This document shows, piece by piece, positions 10,264-20,169 of a DNA stretch of 64,000 nt. Position 1 is the first letter of the stretch. The number at the start of each line of letters is the position of its first letter. A program made the translations under genes and the position numbers. The stretch covers positions 1,056,001 to 1,120,000 of the forward strand of contig OZ219858.1 of assembly GCA_964291395.2 (NCBI GenBank), given 5' to 3'. Source of the stretch: Alphaproteobacteria bacterium. GTDB lineage: Bacteria; Pseudomonadota; Alphaproteobacteria; UBA2966. The notes beneath the pieces are model-generated. The model worked only from the letters and a program-made list of their open reading frames with translations, did not search any database and was not told where the DNA came from.

Positions 10264-11030
10264 GCCGTCGATCCCTTGCCGGCAGCCGATCCCTTCCGTG
10301 CGGCGACCTTGCGGCGGACATGAACGGCGCCCCGCTCCTTCCGAATATCGAAGCCCCCGGATTTCTCGACCAGCGTACTCAGGTTCGCACAGCCATAGCT
10401 GCGGGGATCGAAGTCGGGATGCGCGCCCTGAATGCGCTGCCCGACGCTGGCCAGGTTCTCCCAGCCGTCGGCATCGGGTTCGGTGATCGCGCCCGCAATG
10501 ATCTTTCGGGCCTTGTTCGGCGAGTCCTTCTTCTGCGCCGCGGTCCCGGCCGGCGCCGTGCCGTCCTTCTTCTCCCCGGTTCCGGCCTCCAGAAGGTTCT
10601 CGACATAGATGAAGCGGTTACAGGCGTTGCGGAAGGCCTCGACCGCCTTGCGCTCGCCGAACCCGTACACCTCGAGCCCTTCCTCGCGCAATCGTTGTGC
10701 GAGCCGCGTGAAGTCGCTGTCGGAGCTGACCAGGACGACCCCGTCGAGGGTGCGCTTGTACATGAGGTCCATGGCGTCGATCACCAGCGCGATGTCGGAG
10801 GCGTTCTTGCCCTTCGAGTTGCTGCGCTGCTGGTGCTGGAGGATCGCCAGCGACTTGATGGCCCCGTTCCACCCGGACAGGCGGCTCCCCGAGAAATCGC
10901 CGTAGATGCGCCGCACGTTGGCCTCGCCCAACTTGACGATCTCGTCGAAGATCGCCTGGGCGTGCTTCGCGCTGGTGTTGTCTGCGTCGATCAGGACCGC
11001 GAGACTCTTCGTTTCCCGGGCTTCCGGCAT
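10260..11030 (-). CDS. NYN-domain RNase with C-terminal OST-HTH/LOTUS domain
   Basis: LAVLIDADN, RRIYGD, GKNASDIALVIDAMD, VSSDSDF; C-terminal PDFDPRSYG; AGGAG RBS before the ATG at 11030. Confidence 0.92.
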   Translation of the reverse strand: MPEARETKSLAVLIDADNTSAKHAQAIFDEIVKLGEANVRRIYGDFSGSRLSGWNGAIKSLAILQHQQRSNSKGKNASDIALVIDAMDLMYKRTLDGVVLVSSDSDFTRLAQRLREEGLEVYGFGERKAVEAFRNACNRFIYVENLLEAGTGEKKDGTAPAGTAAQKKDSPNKARKIIAGAITEPDADGWENLASVGQRIQGAHPDFDPRSYGCANLSTLVEKSGGFDIRKERGAVHVRRKVAARKGSAAGKGSTA

Positions 11031-11290
11031 GGGCGCTCCTTGCGGGTGCCCCTCTTCTGAGGCGGCCCGCGCGACGTGTGGTTCATGGTTGCCGGAGGTT
11101 CTTACGGCCTTTCCGCCGCTCGCGCCATGCCTTGCCAGCCGTTCCGCTTGCCGGGATCGCATTTCTCGTCCGATTCCGGTTACGGACGATGACGTTCCAC
11201 GGATCGACAGTGTCCACCGTCGGCCAGCTGCATGCCTCCGAGATCTATCTGATCCCATGTACAAGGTGCATTGGATTTCACGGCGCCGAT

Positions 11291-11336
11291 GTGATATTTC
11301 CTCTGCACTAATTAATTATAGCAGAGTTAATGTCAC
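11291..11336. promoter_or_regulatory. Inverted repeat operator overlapping the abiEi promoter and start codon
   Basis: GTGATATTTCCTCTGC (11291-11306) versus the reverse complement of 11321-11336, GTGACATTAACTCTGC: 13/16 match, around the AT-rich spacer ACTAATTAATTATA. Confidence 0.6.
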
Positions 11337-11953
11337 CTACCCCGACGAAACAGCGCGACCTGGTCCTGTGTCTCTGCCGCCAGAGGGGACTGGTCCGCAT
11401 GCGCGATCTTCGCGACGCCGGCGTCGGGCCCGAGACCGTTGCCCGGCTGGTTCGCGAGGGCGTCGTGGCGCGCGTGGCGCGCGGCCTCTATCAGCTCGCC
11501 GATGCGGTTCCGGATCCCCGACGCAGCCTCGCAGAAGCCTCGGCCCGCGTGCCCAAGGGAGTGATCTGCCTTGCATCCGCGCTCCAGTTTCACGAACTGA
11601 CGCTTCAAATGCCCTCCGCCGTCTGGATCGCCATCGACCGCACCGGATGGAAGCCCGACGTCGAATACCCCCCGGTCCGCTTCGTGCGATTCAGCGGCCA
11701 CGTCCTCGCGGATGGCGTGAAACGGCATCTCATCGAGGGTATCGAGGTTCCGATATTCGAGCCCGCCAAGTCGATCGTCGACTGCTTCCGGTATCGCAAC
11801 AAGATCGGTCTCGACATCGCGCTGGAAGGGCTGCGCGAAGGACTCCGCGGCGGGCGCGTCACGCCCGACCAGCTCTGGGAATTCGCCCGCACGACGCGCG
11901 CCTGGTCCGTGATGCGGCCCTACGTCGAAGCGATGGTCGCCGATGGCGCGTGA
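11330..11953 (+). CDS. abiEi: Type IV toxin-antitoxin antitoxin, AbiEi family transcriptional regulator
   Basis: N-terminal wHTH (RVARGLY), ICLASALQFHELT, KSIVDCFRYRNKIGLD. Confidence 0.88.
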   Translation: MSPTPTKQRDLVLCLCRQRGLVRMRDLRDAGVGPETVARLVREGVVARVARGLYQLADAVPDPRRSLAEASARVPKGVICLASALQFHELTLQMPSAVWIAIDRTGWKPDVEYPPVRFVRFSGHVLADGVKRHLIEGIEVPIFEPAKSIVDCFRYRNKIGLDIALEGLREGLRGGRVTPDQLWEFARTTRAWSVMRPYVEAMVADGA

Positions 11954-12220
11954 GCTTCGCAATGTCGGCGCCTCCGTGCGCGCCCGACTGCTCGCCCGCG
12001 CCCGCGCCGAACAGACCGATTTTCAGATTCTCCTCACCCGTTACGCGCTCGAGCGATTGCTCTACCGACTCAGCGTCTCCGACCAGCGCGAACGGTTTGT
12101 CCTGAAGGGCGCGATTCTCTTCGCAATCTGGCAGGACGATCCCTTCCGACCGACGCGCGACCTCGACTTGCTGGGCCACGGCGATCCCGATCCCGCAACG
12201 GTTGCGGCAACCATCCGCTC
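11943..12220 (+). pseudogene. abiEii: Truncated AbiEii nucleotidyltransferase toxin (N-terminal ~92 codons)
   Basis: ASVRARLL...YALERLLYRL...FVLKGA...RPTRDLDLL; similarity stops near 12220 and the frame runs into the antisense of the next gene. Confidence 0.8.
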
Positions 12221-12276
12221 TACGCGGACCGGGGCAACGGGGTCGAGGACACCGGGCGGCTCGGTGGCGAGGGCCG

Positions 12277-14603
12277 TCACGCACCTCGTCCGTGGATGGC
12301 GCGCCACACGCGCTGCGGCGTGGCGGGACAGTCCAAACGGTCGATGCCGTAGCGCGACAACGCGGCGATCACGGCGTTCATCGCCGCGGGATGGGCACCG
12401 ACGGTGCCCGCTTCGCCGCAGCCCTTCACTCCGATCGGATTCGTCCGGCACGGGATCTCGTTGAACGCGACGTCGAGACCGCAGAGGTCGTCCGCCCTGG
12501 GCAGGGCGTAGTCCATGAACGAACCGCTCGTCACCTGGCCGCTCGTCCGATCGATGACCAGGTCTTCGTGGAGCGCCTGGCCGACACCCTGCGCGACGCC
12601 GCCGTGGACCATGCCCTCGACGATCATGGGATTGATGACGATGCCGAAGTCGTCGACGACGGTGTAGCGAACGATCTCGACGAAGCCCGTTTCCGGGTCG
12701 ACCTCGACCTCGCAGACGTGACACCCGTTGGGCCAGGAGGCGTCCCGGCGGACATACCGCTGATGGGTGTCCAGGCTCTCGTCCAGGCCCTCCGGGCGCT
12801 GCGCCGGGTCACGCGCCAGCGCCGCAACCTCGAGCAGACCCAGGTATCGATCGGTGCCCGCAACGACGAACCGGCCGTGGACGAACTCCAGGTCACCGTC
12901 GGCGACTTCAAGCGCCCGGGCGGCGACGCGCCGCCCCTTCTCGATGACCCGGTCCGCGGCGTGATGCAGGGCGGAGCCTCCCATCTCGGTGGAACGCGAC
13001 CCGCCATGGCCGCCACCGACGGCCACCTGGTCCGTGTCTCCCTGCACGAATTCGATGCGGTCGAACGCCACGCCGAGGCGGTCCGACACGAGCTGGCGAA
13101 AGGTGGTCTCGAGGCCCTGACCGTTGGAAAAGGTGCCGACCAGAATGGTGACCGAGCCGTCCTCCCCGAAACGTATGTCGGCGCCTTCCTCCCCCGGCCC
13201 CGAGGAGTTGTCGATGTAGCAAGCGATGCCGAGACCGCGGAGCCGGCCGCGGGACTCCGACGCCATGCGCCGCCGGTCAAATCCGACGGCATCCGCCGCC
13301 GCGAGGGATGCGTCGAGATTGCCGGCGAAGTCCCCGGAATCGAAGGTCCACCCGAAAGGCGTCGTGTAGGGCATGGCGGCCGCCGGGATCATGTTGCGGC
13401 GGCGCAGGTCGGCGGGATCGAGGCCGAGCTCGCCCGCCGCCTTGTCCATCAGGCGCTCGATCACGTAGACGGCCTCCGACCGCCCGACGCCGCGATAGGA
13501 CCCGATGGGCACCGTGTGGGTGTAAACGCACTTGACGGAGCTCACCGCCGCGGGATGGCGTAGACACCGACGGCCGACGCGGCGTTTTCCGTGGTCGGCA
13601 GAGACGGCATGCGCGAGCCCGCAAAGGCGCCGAAATTGGCAATCGTCTCCACGCGAAGCGCCACCGCGCGATGATCGGGATCGAACGCGAGCGCCGCCGA
13701 CGTCACCTGATCGCGCGCCTGGTCGTCGGCCAGGAAGGCCTCGCTGCGACTCTCCGTCCAACGCACGGGCCGGCCGAGGCGCCGGGCGGCCCAAAGCACC
13801 AGCCCGTATTCGGGATAGGGAAAGTTCTTCATGCCGAAGCCGCCGCCCATATCGGTGGCGACGACGCGTATCCGCTCCACGGGGATCCTGAAGACCCGCT
13901 CGGCGAGCTGCTGCCGCAACAGATGCACGTATTGGGCCGTGGCGTGCAGGGTGAAGCGACCGCTCACGGAGTCGTACTCTCCGATGGCACCCCGCGGCTC
14001 CAACGGCGCCGCCGTCAGACGGTTGTTCACCAGGTCGAGGGCGGTGACGTGCGCGGCGGAGGCGAAGGCCCGGTCGACGGCCCGGCGATCACCGCCTTCC
14101 CAATCGATGCAGACGTTGTCCGCAGCTTCGTCCCAAACGCTCGGGGCATCCGCCGCCAGCGCGCACGCGAGATCGGCGTTCGCCGGCAAGGGTTCGTAGG
14201 ACACCACGATCCGTTCGGCTGCGTCCTCTGCCCGTTCCGGCGTCTCGGCCACCACCAGCGCGACCACCTGCCCGACGTGGCGCACACGGTCCCCCGCCAT
14301 GAGCGGCCGAGGCGGCGGATCGCTCCAGGAACCGTCCCGGTTTCGGGCCCGCAGGGAACAGGGAATGGCGCCGAGCCCGTCCCCCTCGAGATCGGCCGCC
14401 GTCATCACGCCGAGCACGCCCGGCGACCCCGCAGCACCGGCGGCGTCGATCGAGCCGATCTCCGCGTGGGCATGGGGCGAACGAACGAACCGCGCGTAGG
14501 CCTGTCCCTCGATCCGGAGATCGTCGAGGAAGCGGGCCCGCCCGGTCAGGAACCGGGCGTCCTCGACGCGAAGGACCGGCTCCCCGATTTTGGAGACGCT
14601 CAC
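12277..14603 (-). pseudogene. Xanthine dehydrogenase/CoxL-like Mo subunit split by a 1-nt frameshift (or sequencing error)
   Basis: ORF 13542..14603 (GGGFGMK) ends VYAIPRR*; ORF 12277..13794 continues PAAVSSVKCVYTHTVPIGSYRGVGR...GVKGCGEAG. One base is missing near 13551-13554; restored length 775 aa. Confidence 0.85.
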
Positions 14604-14792
14604 GGCAAATGGACCTGACGGCGTGACAACGGGCTCATCTCCCGGCGACCACGAACGGCGCGCCGCACAGGCTGCGGCGTCGTCGAGTGCGTGTCCAGAT
14701 GATTCCGCAATCGCAGTTCGCGATCGCGGAGCACGGCACGCCGCAGATCCGACCTCTCACCCGTTGCGCGGCGGTTTTGCTACAAGGAGCGC

Positions 14793-15644
14793 ATGGATCC
14801 CCTGATCGTCCTCGTGGTGCTTTGCGCCGCCGCGACGCACGCCACGTGGAACACGCTCGTGAAGGTCGGCGACGATCCGCTCATGACGGCGGCAGTCCTC
14901 AACATCGCGACGACGGTGATCGGGCTCGCGCTGGTGCCCGTCACCGGCCTTCCGGATCCCGGCACCTGGCCCTTCCTCATCGCCTCGGTGATCACCCATA
15001 CGGGCTATTTCCTCTGCCTGACCGGCGGCTATCGCATCGGCGATCTGTCGCACGTCTATCCCCTGGCCAGGGGATGCGGACCGGTCTACGCCGCGGTCCT
15101 GACCTACATCGTGGCGGGCGAGACGCTGAACCCGGCCGGCGTCGTGGCCGTCGCCCTGATCTGCGCCGCCATCCTGAGCCTGACATTCGTCGGAGGCCGC
15201 ATCGTCCGGGGCGGGAAGGCTCCCGTCCTGTTCGGCCTCGGCACGGGATTGTTCATCGGTTCGTACACCCTGATCGACGGTCTCGGCGTCCGACAGGCGG
15301 GTACACCACTCAACTTCATCGTCTGGGTCTTCGTTCTGCACGGATTTCCGATCGTCGCCTTCGCGTTCTGGCGGCGCAGGGCAACGCTCGGGGCGAGTCT
15401 GCGCGCCAACTGGCGACGCGGCGCCCTGGGCGGTTGCCTCGGGTTCGCCGGCTACGGCCTCGTTCTCTGGGCCATGTCCACCAACCCCATCGCCCTGGTG
15501 TCGGCGCTGCGCGAGACGAGCGTCATCATCGCGGCGATGATCGGCACGCGTCTTCTGGGCGAGCCGTTCGGACGCGCGCGCGTCGCGGCCGCCATCGTCA
15601 TGGCCTGCGGCATCGTCATGCTGCAGGGAGCCGGGTGGGATTGA
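14793..15644 (+). CDS. DMT/EamA family transporter
   Basis: 283 aa, about 10 hydrophobic segments; HATWN, GDLSHVYPLARG, SALRETSV. Confidence 0.9.
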   Translation: MDPLIVLVVLCAAATHATWNTLVKVGDDPLMTAAVLNIATTVIGLALVPVTGLPDPGTWPFLIASVITHTGYFLCLTGGYRIGDLSHVYPLARGCGPVYAAVLTYIVAGETLNPAGVVAVALICAAILSLTFVGGRIVRGGKAPVLFGLGTGLFIGSYTLIDGLGVRQAGTPLNFIVWVFVLHGFPIVAFAFWRRRATLGASLRANWRRGALGGCLGFAGYGLVLWAMSTNPIALVSALRETSVIIAAMIGTRLLGEPFGRARVAAAIVMACGIVMLQGAGWD

Positions 15645-15793
15645 AGGCGGCGGCTTCGTACATCGTTCATCCAGACCCGGATCGGGGTACGGGGGCCCGC
15701 TCCGCCGCGCCGGTACGTTGTCACGCCGCCGTCGACAGGAGCATATTCCGACCTGACGGAATCCCGCTCAAGGGACTCGGGAGCAGCACGGAC

Positions 15794-16768
15794 ATGGTGG
15801 AACCCGTCAAGATCGTCTGCTGTCTGAAGCGGGGGTGCGCCGAACTGACGGCCGCCTGCGCGGAATTCGACAACGTGACGATATCGATTACCGCGCCCGA
15901 TGCAGCGGCATTGGAAGCGGAACTCAGGGACGCCGACGTCCTGGTGACCAACAACGCGTTCTACACCGCCGGCCTTGCCGAGATCGCGCACAATCGGGCG
16001 CCGAAGCTCCGCTGGATACAGTTCTATTCCACCGGCTACAACAACGCCGAGACCTTCGGACTGCCCTCCGGCGTCACGTTGACCAACGCCGGTTCCGTCT
16101 ATGCCCCTCCCGTCGCCGAGCACGCCATGACGCTGCTGCTCGCCCTGGTGCGGCAAATTCCGCACATGGAGCGCGGCAGGCTGCGCAAGCACTTCGACCA
16201 GCTGGAGACCGCGTCACACCTCAACACGCTGCGAGGGGCGACACTCCTGGCCGTCGGGTTCGGCGGCATCGGCCGCGAGGTGGCCAGGCGCGCGGCAGGC
16301 TTCGGCATGCGAGTCATCGGTGTCGCCCGCACCGCACGGGAGGACCCGCCGGCCGAGCGTGTGGTCGCCCTCGTCGAATTGCACGACGTGCTGCCGGAAG
16401 CGGACGCGGTCGTATTGTCGCTGCCGCTTCTCGACGACACGGAGGGCACGTTCGGCGCCCGGGAATTCGCTGCCATGAAGCCATCCGCGGTCTTCGTCAA
16501 CGTGGGCCGCGGGGCGCTGGTGGACGAGGACGCTCTCGTCCAGGCTCTGCGAGAGCGGCGCATCGCGGGCGCCGGACTCGACGTCTACACGGTCGAGCCG
16601 TTGCCTGTCGAAAACCCGCTTTGGGAACTGGACAACGTCATCATCTCCCCGCACGTGGGCGGCTTCGGTGACCCGGCGACGCTCCGGGACCTGACGGCCG
16701 TCGGACGAGACAACGTCGAGCGGTTCATCACGGGACAGCCGTTGAACAACGTCCTCGATATTTCGTGA
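15794..16768 (+). CDS. D-2-hydroxyacid dehydrogenase
   Basis: VAEHA, GFGGIG, VNVGRGALVDE, GAGLDVY, SPHVGG; start re-assigned to ATG 15794. Confidence 0.9.
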   Translation: MVEPVKIVCCLKRGCAELTAACAEFDNVTISITAPDAAALEAELRDADVLVTNNAFYTAGLAEIAHNRAPKLRWIQFYSTGYNNAETFGLPSGVTLTNAGSVYAPPVAEHAMTLLLALVRQIPHMERGRLRKHFDQLETASHLNTLRGATLLAVGFGGIGREVARRAAGFGMRVIGVARTAREDPPAERVVALVELHDVLPEADAVVLSLPLLDDTEGTFGAREFAAMKPSAVFVNVGRGALVDEDALVQALRERRIAGAGLDVYTVEPLPVENPLWELDNVIISPHVGGFGDPATLRDLTAVGRDNVERFITGQPLNNVLDIS

Positions 16769-16780
16769 TCACGCCAACGC

Positions 16781-16880
16781 CTGAACGCATCCTGGTTCTC
16801 GAGCCTTGAGGGATGCACGGTCAAAATGCGAGACGCGGCGAACGGACTGCAACGAGGTCCACCCACACAGCTCGATCGGC
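16781..16880 (+). mobile_element. IS3-family transposase C-terminal remnant
   Basis: LNASWFSSLE/(+1 shift)DARSKCETRRTDCNEVHPHSSIG resembles the recalled IS3 integrase-core tail CLNxxWFxSLxDARxKxExWRxDYNExRPHSxIG. Confidence 0.75.
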
Positions 16881-16927
16881 CGGAACGCGCGTCCCGGCGG
16901 GTTCCGTCTCTCCCTTGGCGACTGCAA

Positions 16928-17008
16928 GAGACGACGAGGACCACGCAGCTTCACGACAAGCCGCCCGAGGAGATTTCGCTCGACGAGATCGAGCGCATCC
17001 CTATTTGA
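16928..17008 (+). pseudogene. Tyrosine recombinase C-terminal remnant
   Basis: ETTRTTQLHDKPPEEISLDEIERIPI* resembles the recalled integrase tail HxSxRTTxLYDRxxxEIxLDEIERIxI; the catalytic Tyr position reads His. Confidence 0.7.
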
Positions 17009-17154
17009 CCAGTTGCCGGGCTCCCACGCGGGTTCTCTCCGAGCCGAGACGACCGTGGCTGTCCGGTCAGCCTGCCGAATGTCGATGGAGACAAGATCGG
17101 ACGTGGACTAATGTTCAACCTCGACACCCGGTTCCGAACATGAGAGCGAGTGGC

Positions 17155-18672
17155 ATGGCCAAGCGTCCAAACCTCCTTTTCATCATGGCCGATCAGCTTG
17201 CGCCGCAGGTGCTTCCCGCCTACGGCCACCCGCGGGCGCGTACGCCGCATCTCGACCGGCTCGCCGAGGAAGGCGTCGTGTTCGAGAACGCCTACTGCAA
17301 CTTCCCGCTCTGTGCGCCGGCGCGGTTCTCGTTGCTTAGCGGGCGGCTCCCTTCGCGAATAGGCACGTTCGACAACGCGGCCGAGTTTTCTGCCTCCGTG
17401 CCGACCTTTCACCACTATCTCCGCCTCGCCGGATACCGGACCTGTCTCGCGGGCAAGATGCACTTCATCGGCCCCGATCAGCTTCATGGCTACGAAGAGC
17501 GGATCACCACCGACATCTACCCGGCAAACTTCATATGGTCGCCGGATTGGCGGCTCGATGGAGAGAGCTGGCTGGAGTGGTACCACAGCATGCGCGCGGT
17601 GCTCGATTCCGGGGTGCACCGGCGAAGCGTCAACGTCGCCTACGACGACGAGGTGGAGTTCGAGGCGGTGCGCTGGCTGCACGAACACGCGGACGGCGGG
17701 GACGGCCGCCCCTTCGCGCTTACCGTCTCGTTCATCTCGCCCCACGATCCGTATCTCGCTCCGCCCCGCTGGTGGGAACGGTACCGTGACGTCGAGATTG
17801 ACGCGCCGCGGGTCCCCGACATCCCCCTCGAGGAACGAGACCCGCACGGCCGCCGCCACTGGTTCCTCACCGGGCGCCACCGGGATGGGGTCGGGAATTC
17901 GGACGTGCTTCGCATGCGCCGCGCCTACTACGCGCTGACGAGCTACGTGGACGCGAAGGTCGGAAACCTGCTCGACACCCTCGACGACATCGGCGCGGCG
18001 GATGACACGCTCATCGTGTTCACCTCCGATCACGGCGACTCGCTTGGCGAGCGTGGGCTCTTCTTCAAGATGTCGTTCCATGAATGGTCCGTCCGGGTGC
18101 CCCTCGTCCTGCACGCGCCGTTCGCGTTCGGTCCGCGGCGGGTGCGGGCGAACGTCGCCCATCTCGATCTTTTCCCCACGCTGCTCGAAGTGGCGGGAGA
18201 CGGCGTCCTGCCGGATCTCGCGGCTCCGATCGACGGCCGGTCGCTCGTTCCGCTGGCCTCGGGAGGCGCGGCGGACTGGCCGGATCTCGTGTGCTCGGAA
18301 TACACCGCGGAAGGCGTGTCCGCCCCCCTGCTGATGGTCCGCAAGGGATCGCACAAGCTCATATTGAACCCCGAGGACCCGCCGCTCCTTTTCGACCTCG
18401 ACGCCGACCCGGACGAGATCGAGAACCTTGCCGGCACTCCCGCCTCTTCCGGCGTGCAGGCCGAGCTCGAAGCGGTCGCGGCCCGGACCTGGGATGTCTC
18501 CGCCCTCGACCGCGCGGTGCGCGAGAGCCAGGCGGCCCGGCGCCTCGTAGGCGGCGCCCTCGGCACCGGTGCCCGCACGTCCTGGGATTTTCAGCCCGCG
18601 CGGGACGCATCGAAGGCCTACTTCCGCGAGAGCGGCGACATCCAGGAATCGTATTCGGGCCTCCTCCGGTGA
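17155..18672 (+). CDS. betC: Choline-sulfatase
   Basis: PNLLFIMADQL, LCAPAR, GKMHFIGPDQLHGYEER.TTDIYP, C-terminal WDFQP; 505 aa from ATG 17155. Confidence 0.82.
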   Translation: MAKRPNLLFIMADQLAPQVLPAYGHPRARTPHLDRLAEEGVVFENAYCNFPLCAPARFSLLSGRLPSRIGTFDNAAEFSASVPTFHHYLRLAGYRTCLAGKMHFIGPDQLHGYEERITTDIYPANFIWSPDWRLDGESWLEWYHSMRAVLDSGVHRRSVNVAYDDEVEFEAVRWLHEHADGGDGRPFALTVSFISPHDPYLAPPRWWERYRDVEIDAPRVPDIPLEERDPHGRRHWFLTGRHRDGVGNSDVLRMRRAYYALTSYVDAKVGNLLDTLDDIGAADDTLIVFTSDHGDSLGERGLFFKMSFHEWSVRVPLVLHAPFAFGPRRVRANVAHLDLFPTLLEVAGDGVLPDLAAPIDGRSLVPLASGGAADWPDLVCSEYTAEGVSAPLLMVRKGSHKLILNPEDPPLLFDLDADPDEIENLAGTPASSGVQAELEAVAARTWDVSALDRAVRESQAARRLVGGALGTGARTSWDFQPARDASKAYFRESGDIQESYSGLLR

Positions 18673-18859
18673 ACCGCCCGATCGGCGTTCACTCGAAGAA
18701 CGTTTTTCGTACACATCATGCAGTATCCACGCAGGCCGCTCTCTCCGCGCCGAAACGGCTTCCGCATGGGCAAGAAGCCGAGAACCCGCGTCGGCATCAC
18801 GTCGCCTATCCGCGGGAGACCCTGGCCGGCGACGGCGGGGAAGGCGTGGCCGGCCCGCT

Positions 18860-19855
18860 CTAGTCGGACGAGCCCGCCAACGTGGGTTCGCCCTCGGGCA
18901 TGCGGCCGCCGGCCGCGGCGCCCCGGGGCACCGCCGCATCGATCCGCGCGAGCTCGTCGTCCGAGAGAGTGACATCGCAGGCGGCGATGTTCTGCTCGAG
19001 GTATCGCCGTTTCTCGGCACCCGGAATCGGGAAGATGTCATCCCCCTGGTGCAGCAGCCAGGCAAGCGCCAGCTGGGGCGTCGTGCAGCCCTTGTCGGCG
19101 GCGATGCCCTCCAGCCTCTCGACCAGCGCCGCGTTGTGGCGGATGTTCTCCTCGCTGAACCGCGGGAACGCCTTGCGCCGGTCCCCGTCACCGAGATCCG
19201 CGGTGCTCTTGACGCGGCCCGTCAATTGTCCCCGCCCCAGCGGCGCGAACGCCACCACGGCGATGCCGAGCTCACGGACCACCCCCAGCATGGTGTTCTC
19301 CGGATCCCGGCTGAACAGCGAGTACTCGTTCTGCAGGGCCGTGATGGGGTGTGTCGCGTGGGCACGGCGGAGCTGGTCGCCGCTGGCCTCCGACAAAGCC
19401 AGAAAGCGGACCTTCCCGGCCTTCACCAGATCCGCCATGCCGCCCACCGTTTCCTCGATCGGCACCTTGGGGTCGGTGCGATGGAGCGTGTAGAGGTCGA
19501 TCACGTCGAGGCCGAGACGCCGCAGGCTGTCGTCGCAAGCCGACTTGACGTATTCGGGGCTGCCGTTCAGTTCGCTGAAGAATTTGGGGGTGTCGAGCAC
19601 CGCTCCCACCTTCGTGTTGACGAAGGCCTGGTCGCGCCGGCCCTTGATGGACTTGCCGACCAGTTCCTCGTTGCGTCCGTTGTCGTAGACGTCCGCCGTG
19701 TCGATCAGGGCGAACCCCAGGTCGAGCGCGCGCCGGATCGTGGCGACGGACTCCTCTTCCTCCGCCCGGCCGTATACGCCCTTGATCATGGCCCAGCAGC
19801 CGAGGCCGAGCGGCGCGAGCCGCGGTCCGTCCTTGCCCATGGTGCGCCGCTTCAT
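18860..19855 (-). CDS. Aldo/keto reductase
   Basis: LGLGCW, DTADVY, IDLYTLHR, LQNEYSL, PIPG; start ATG 19855. Confidence 0.93.
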   Translation of the reverse strand: MKRRTMGKDGPRLAPLGLGCWAMIKGVYGRAEEEESVATIRRALDLGFALIDTADVYDNGRNEELVGKSIKGRRDQAFVNTKVGAVLDTPKFFSELNGSPEYVKSACDDSLRRLGLDVIDLYTLHRTDPKVPIEETVGGMADLVKAGKVRFLALSEASGDQLRRAHATHPITALQNEYSLFSRDPENTMLGVVRELGIAVVAFAPLGRGQLTGRVKSTADLGDGDRRKAFPRFSEENIRHNAALVERLEGIAADKGCTTPQLALAWLLHQGDDIFPIPGAEKRRYLEQNIAACDVTLSDDELARIDAAVPRGAAAGGRMPEGEPTLAGSSD

Positions 19856-20169
19856 GCTTTCCCCCCTTGAATGGTCCCGTGCAACCCGCCCGTCGACCCG
19901 GGCGCGGCCATTGTCGGCAAGGGTGGCGGGGGTGGCAACAGGCTTCGCGGCCGTCCCCCTTGGCCCACCGGAAAAGCGGGGCCGGGACCGCCGCTGTCCT
20001 GCCGGGCGGCAGCGGAGGCGATTTGGACGATATCGCTCCCCGGCGATGTTGACCTCGCGGCGCCGGTGTGCTTCCTCTCGCACACGCGAACGCGCATCCG
20101 GGCCGGATTGGCCGACATGCCGCATCGAATTCGAAAGACTGTTGCACCGCCCCGAGGGAGGAGACACCC

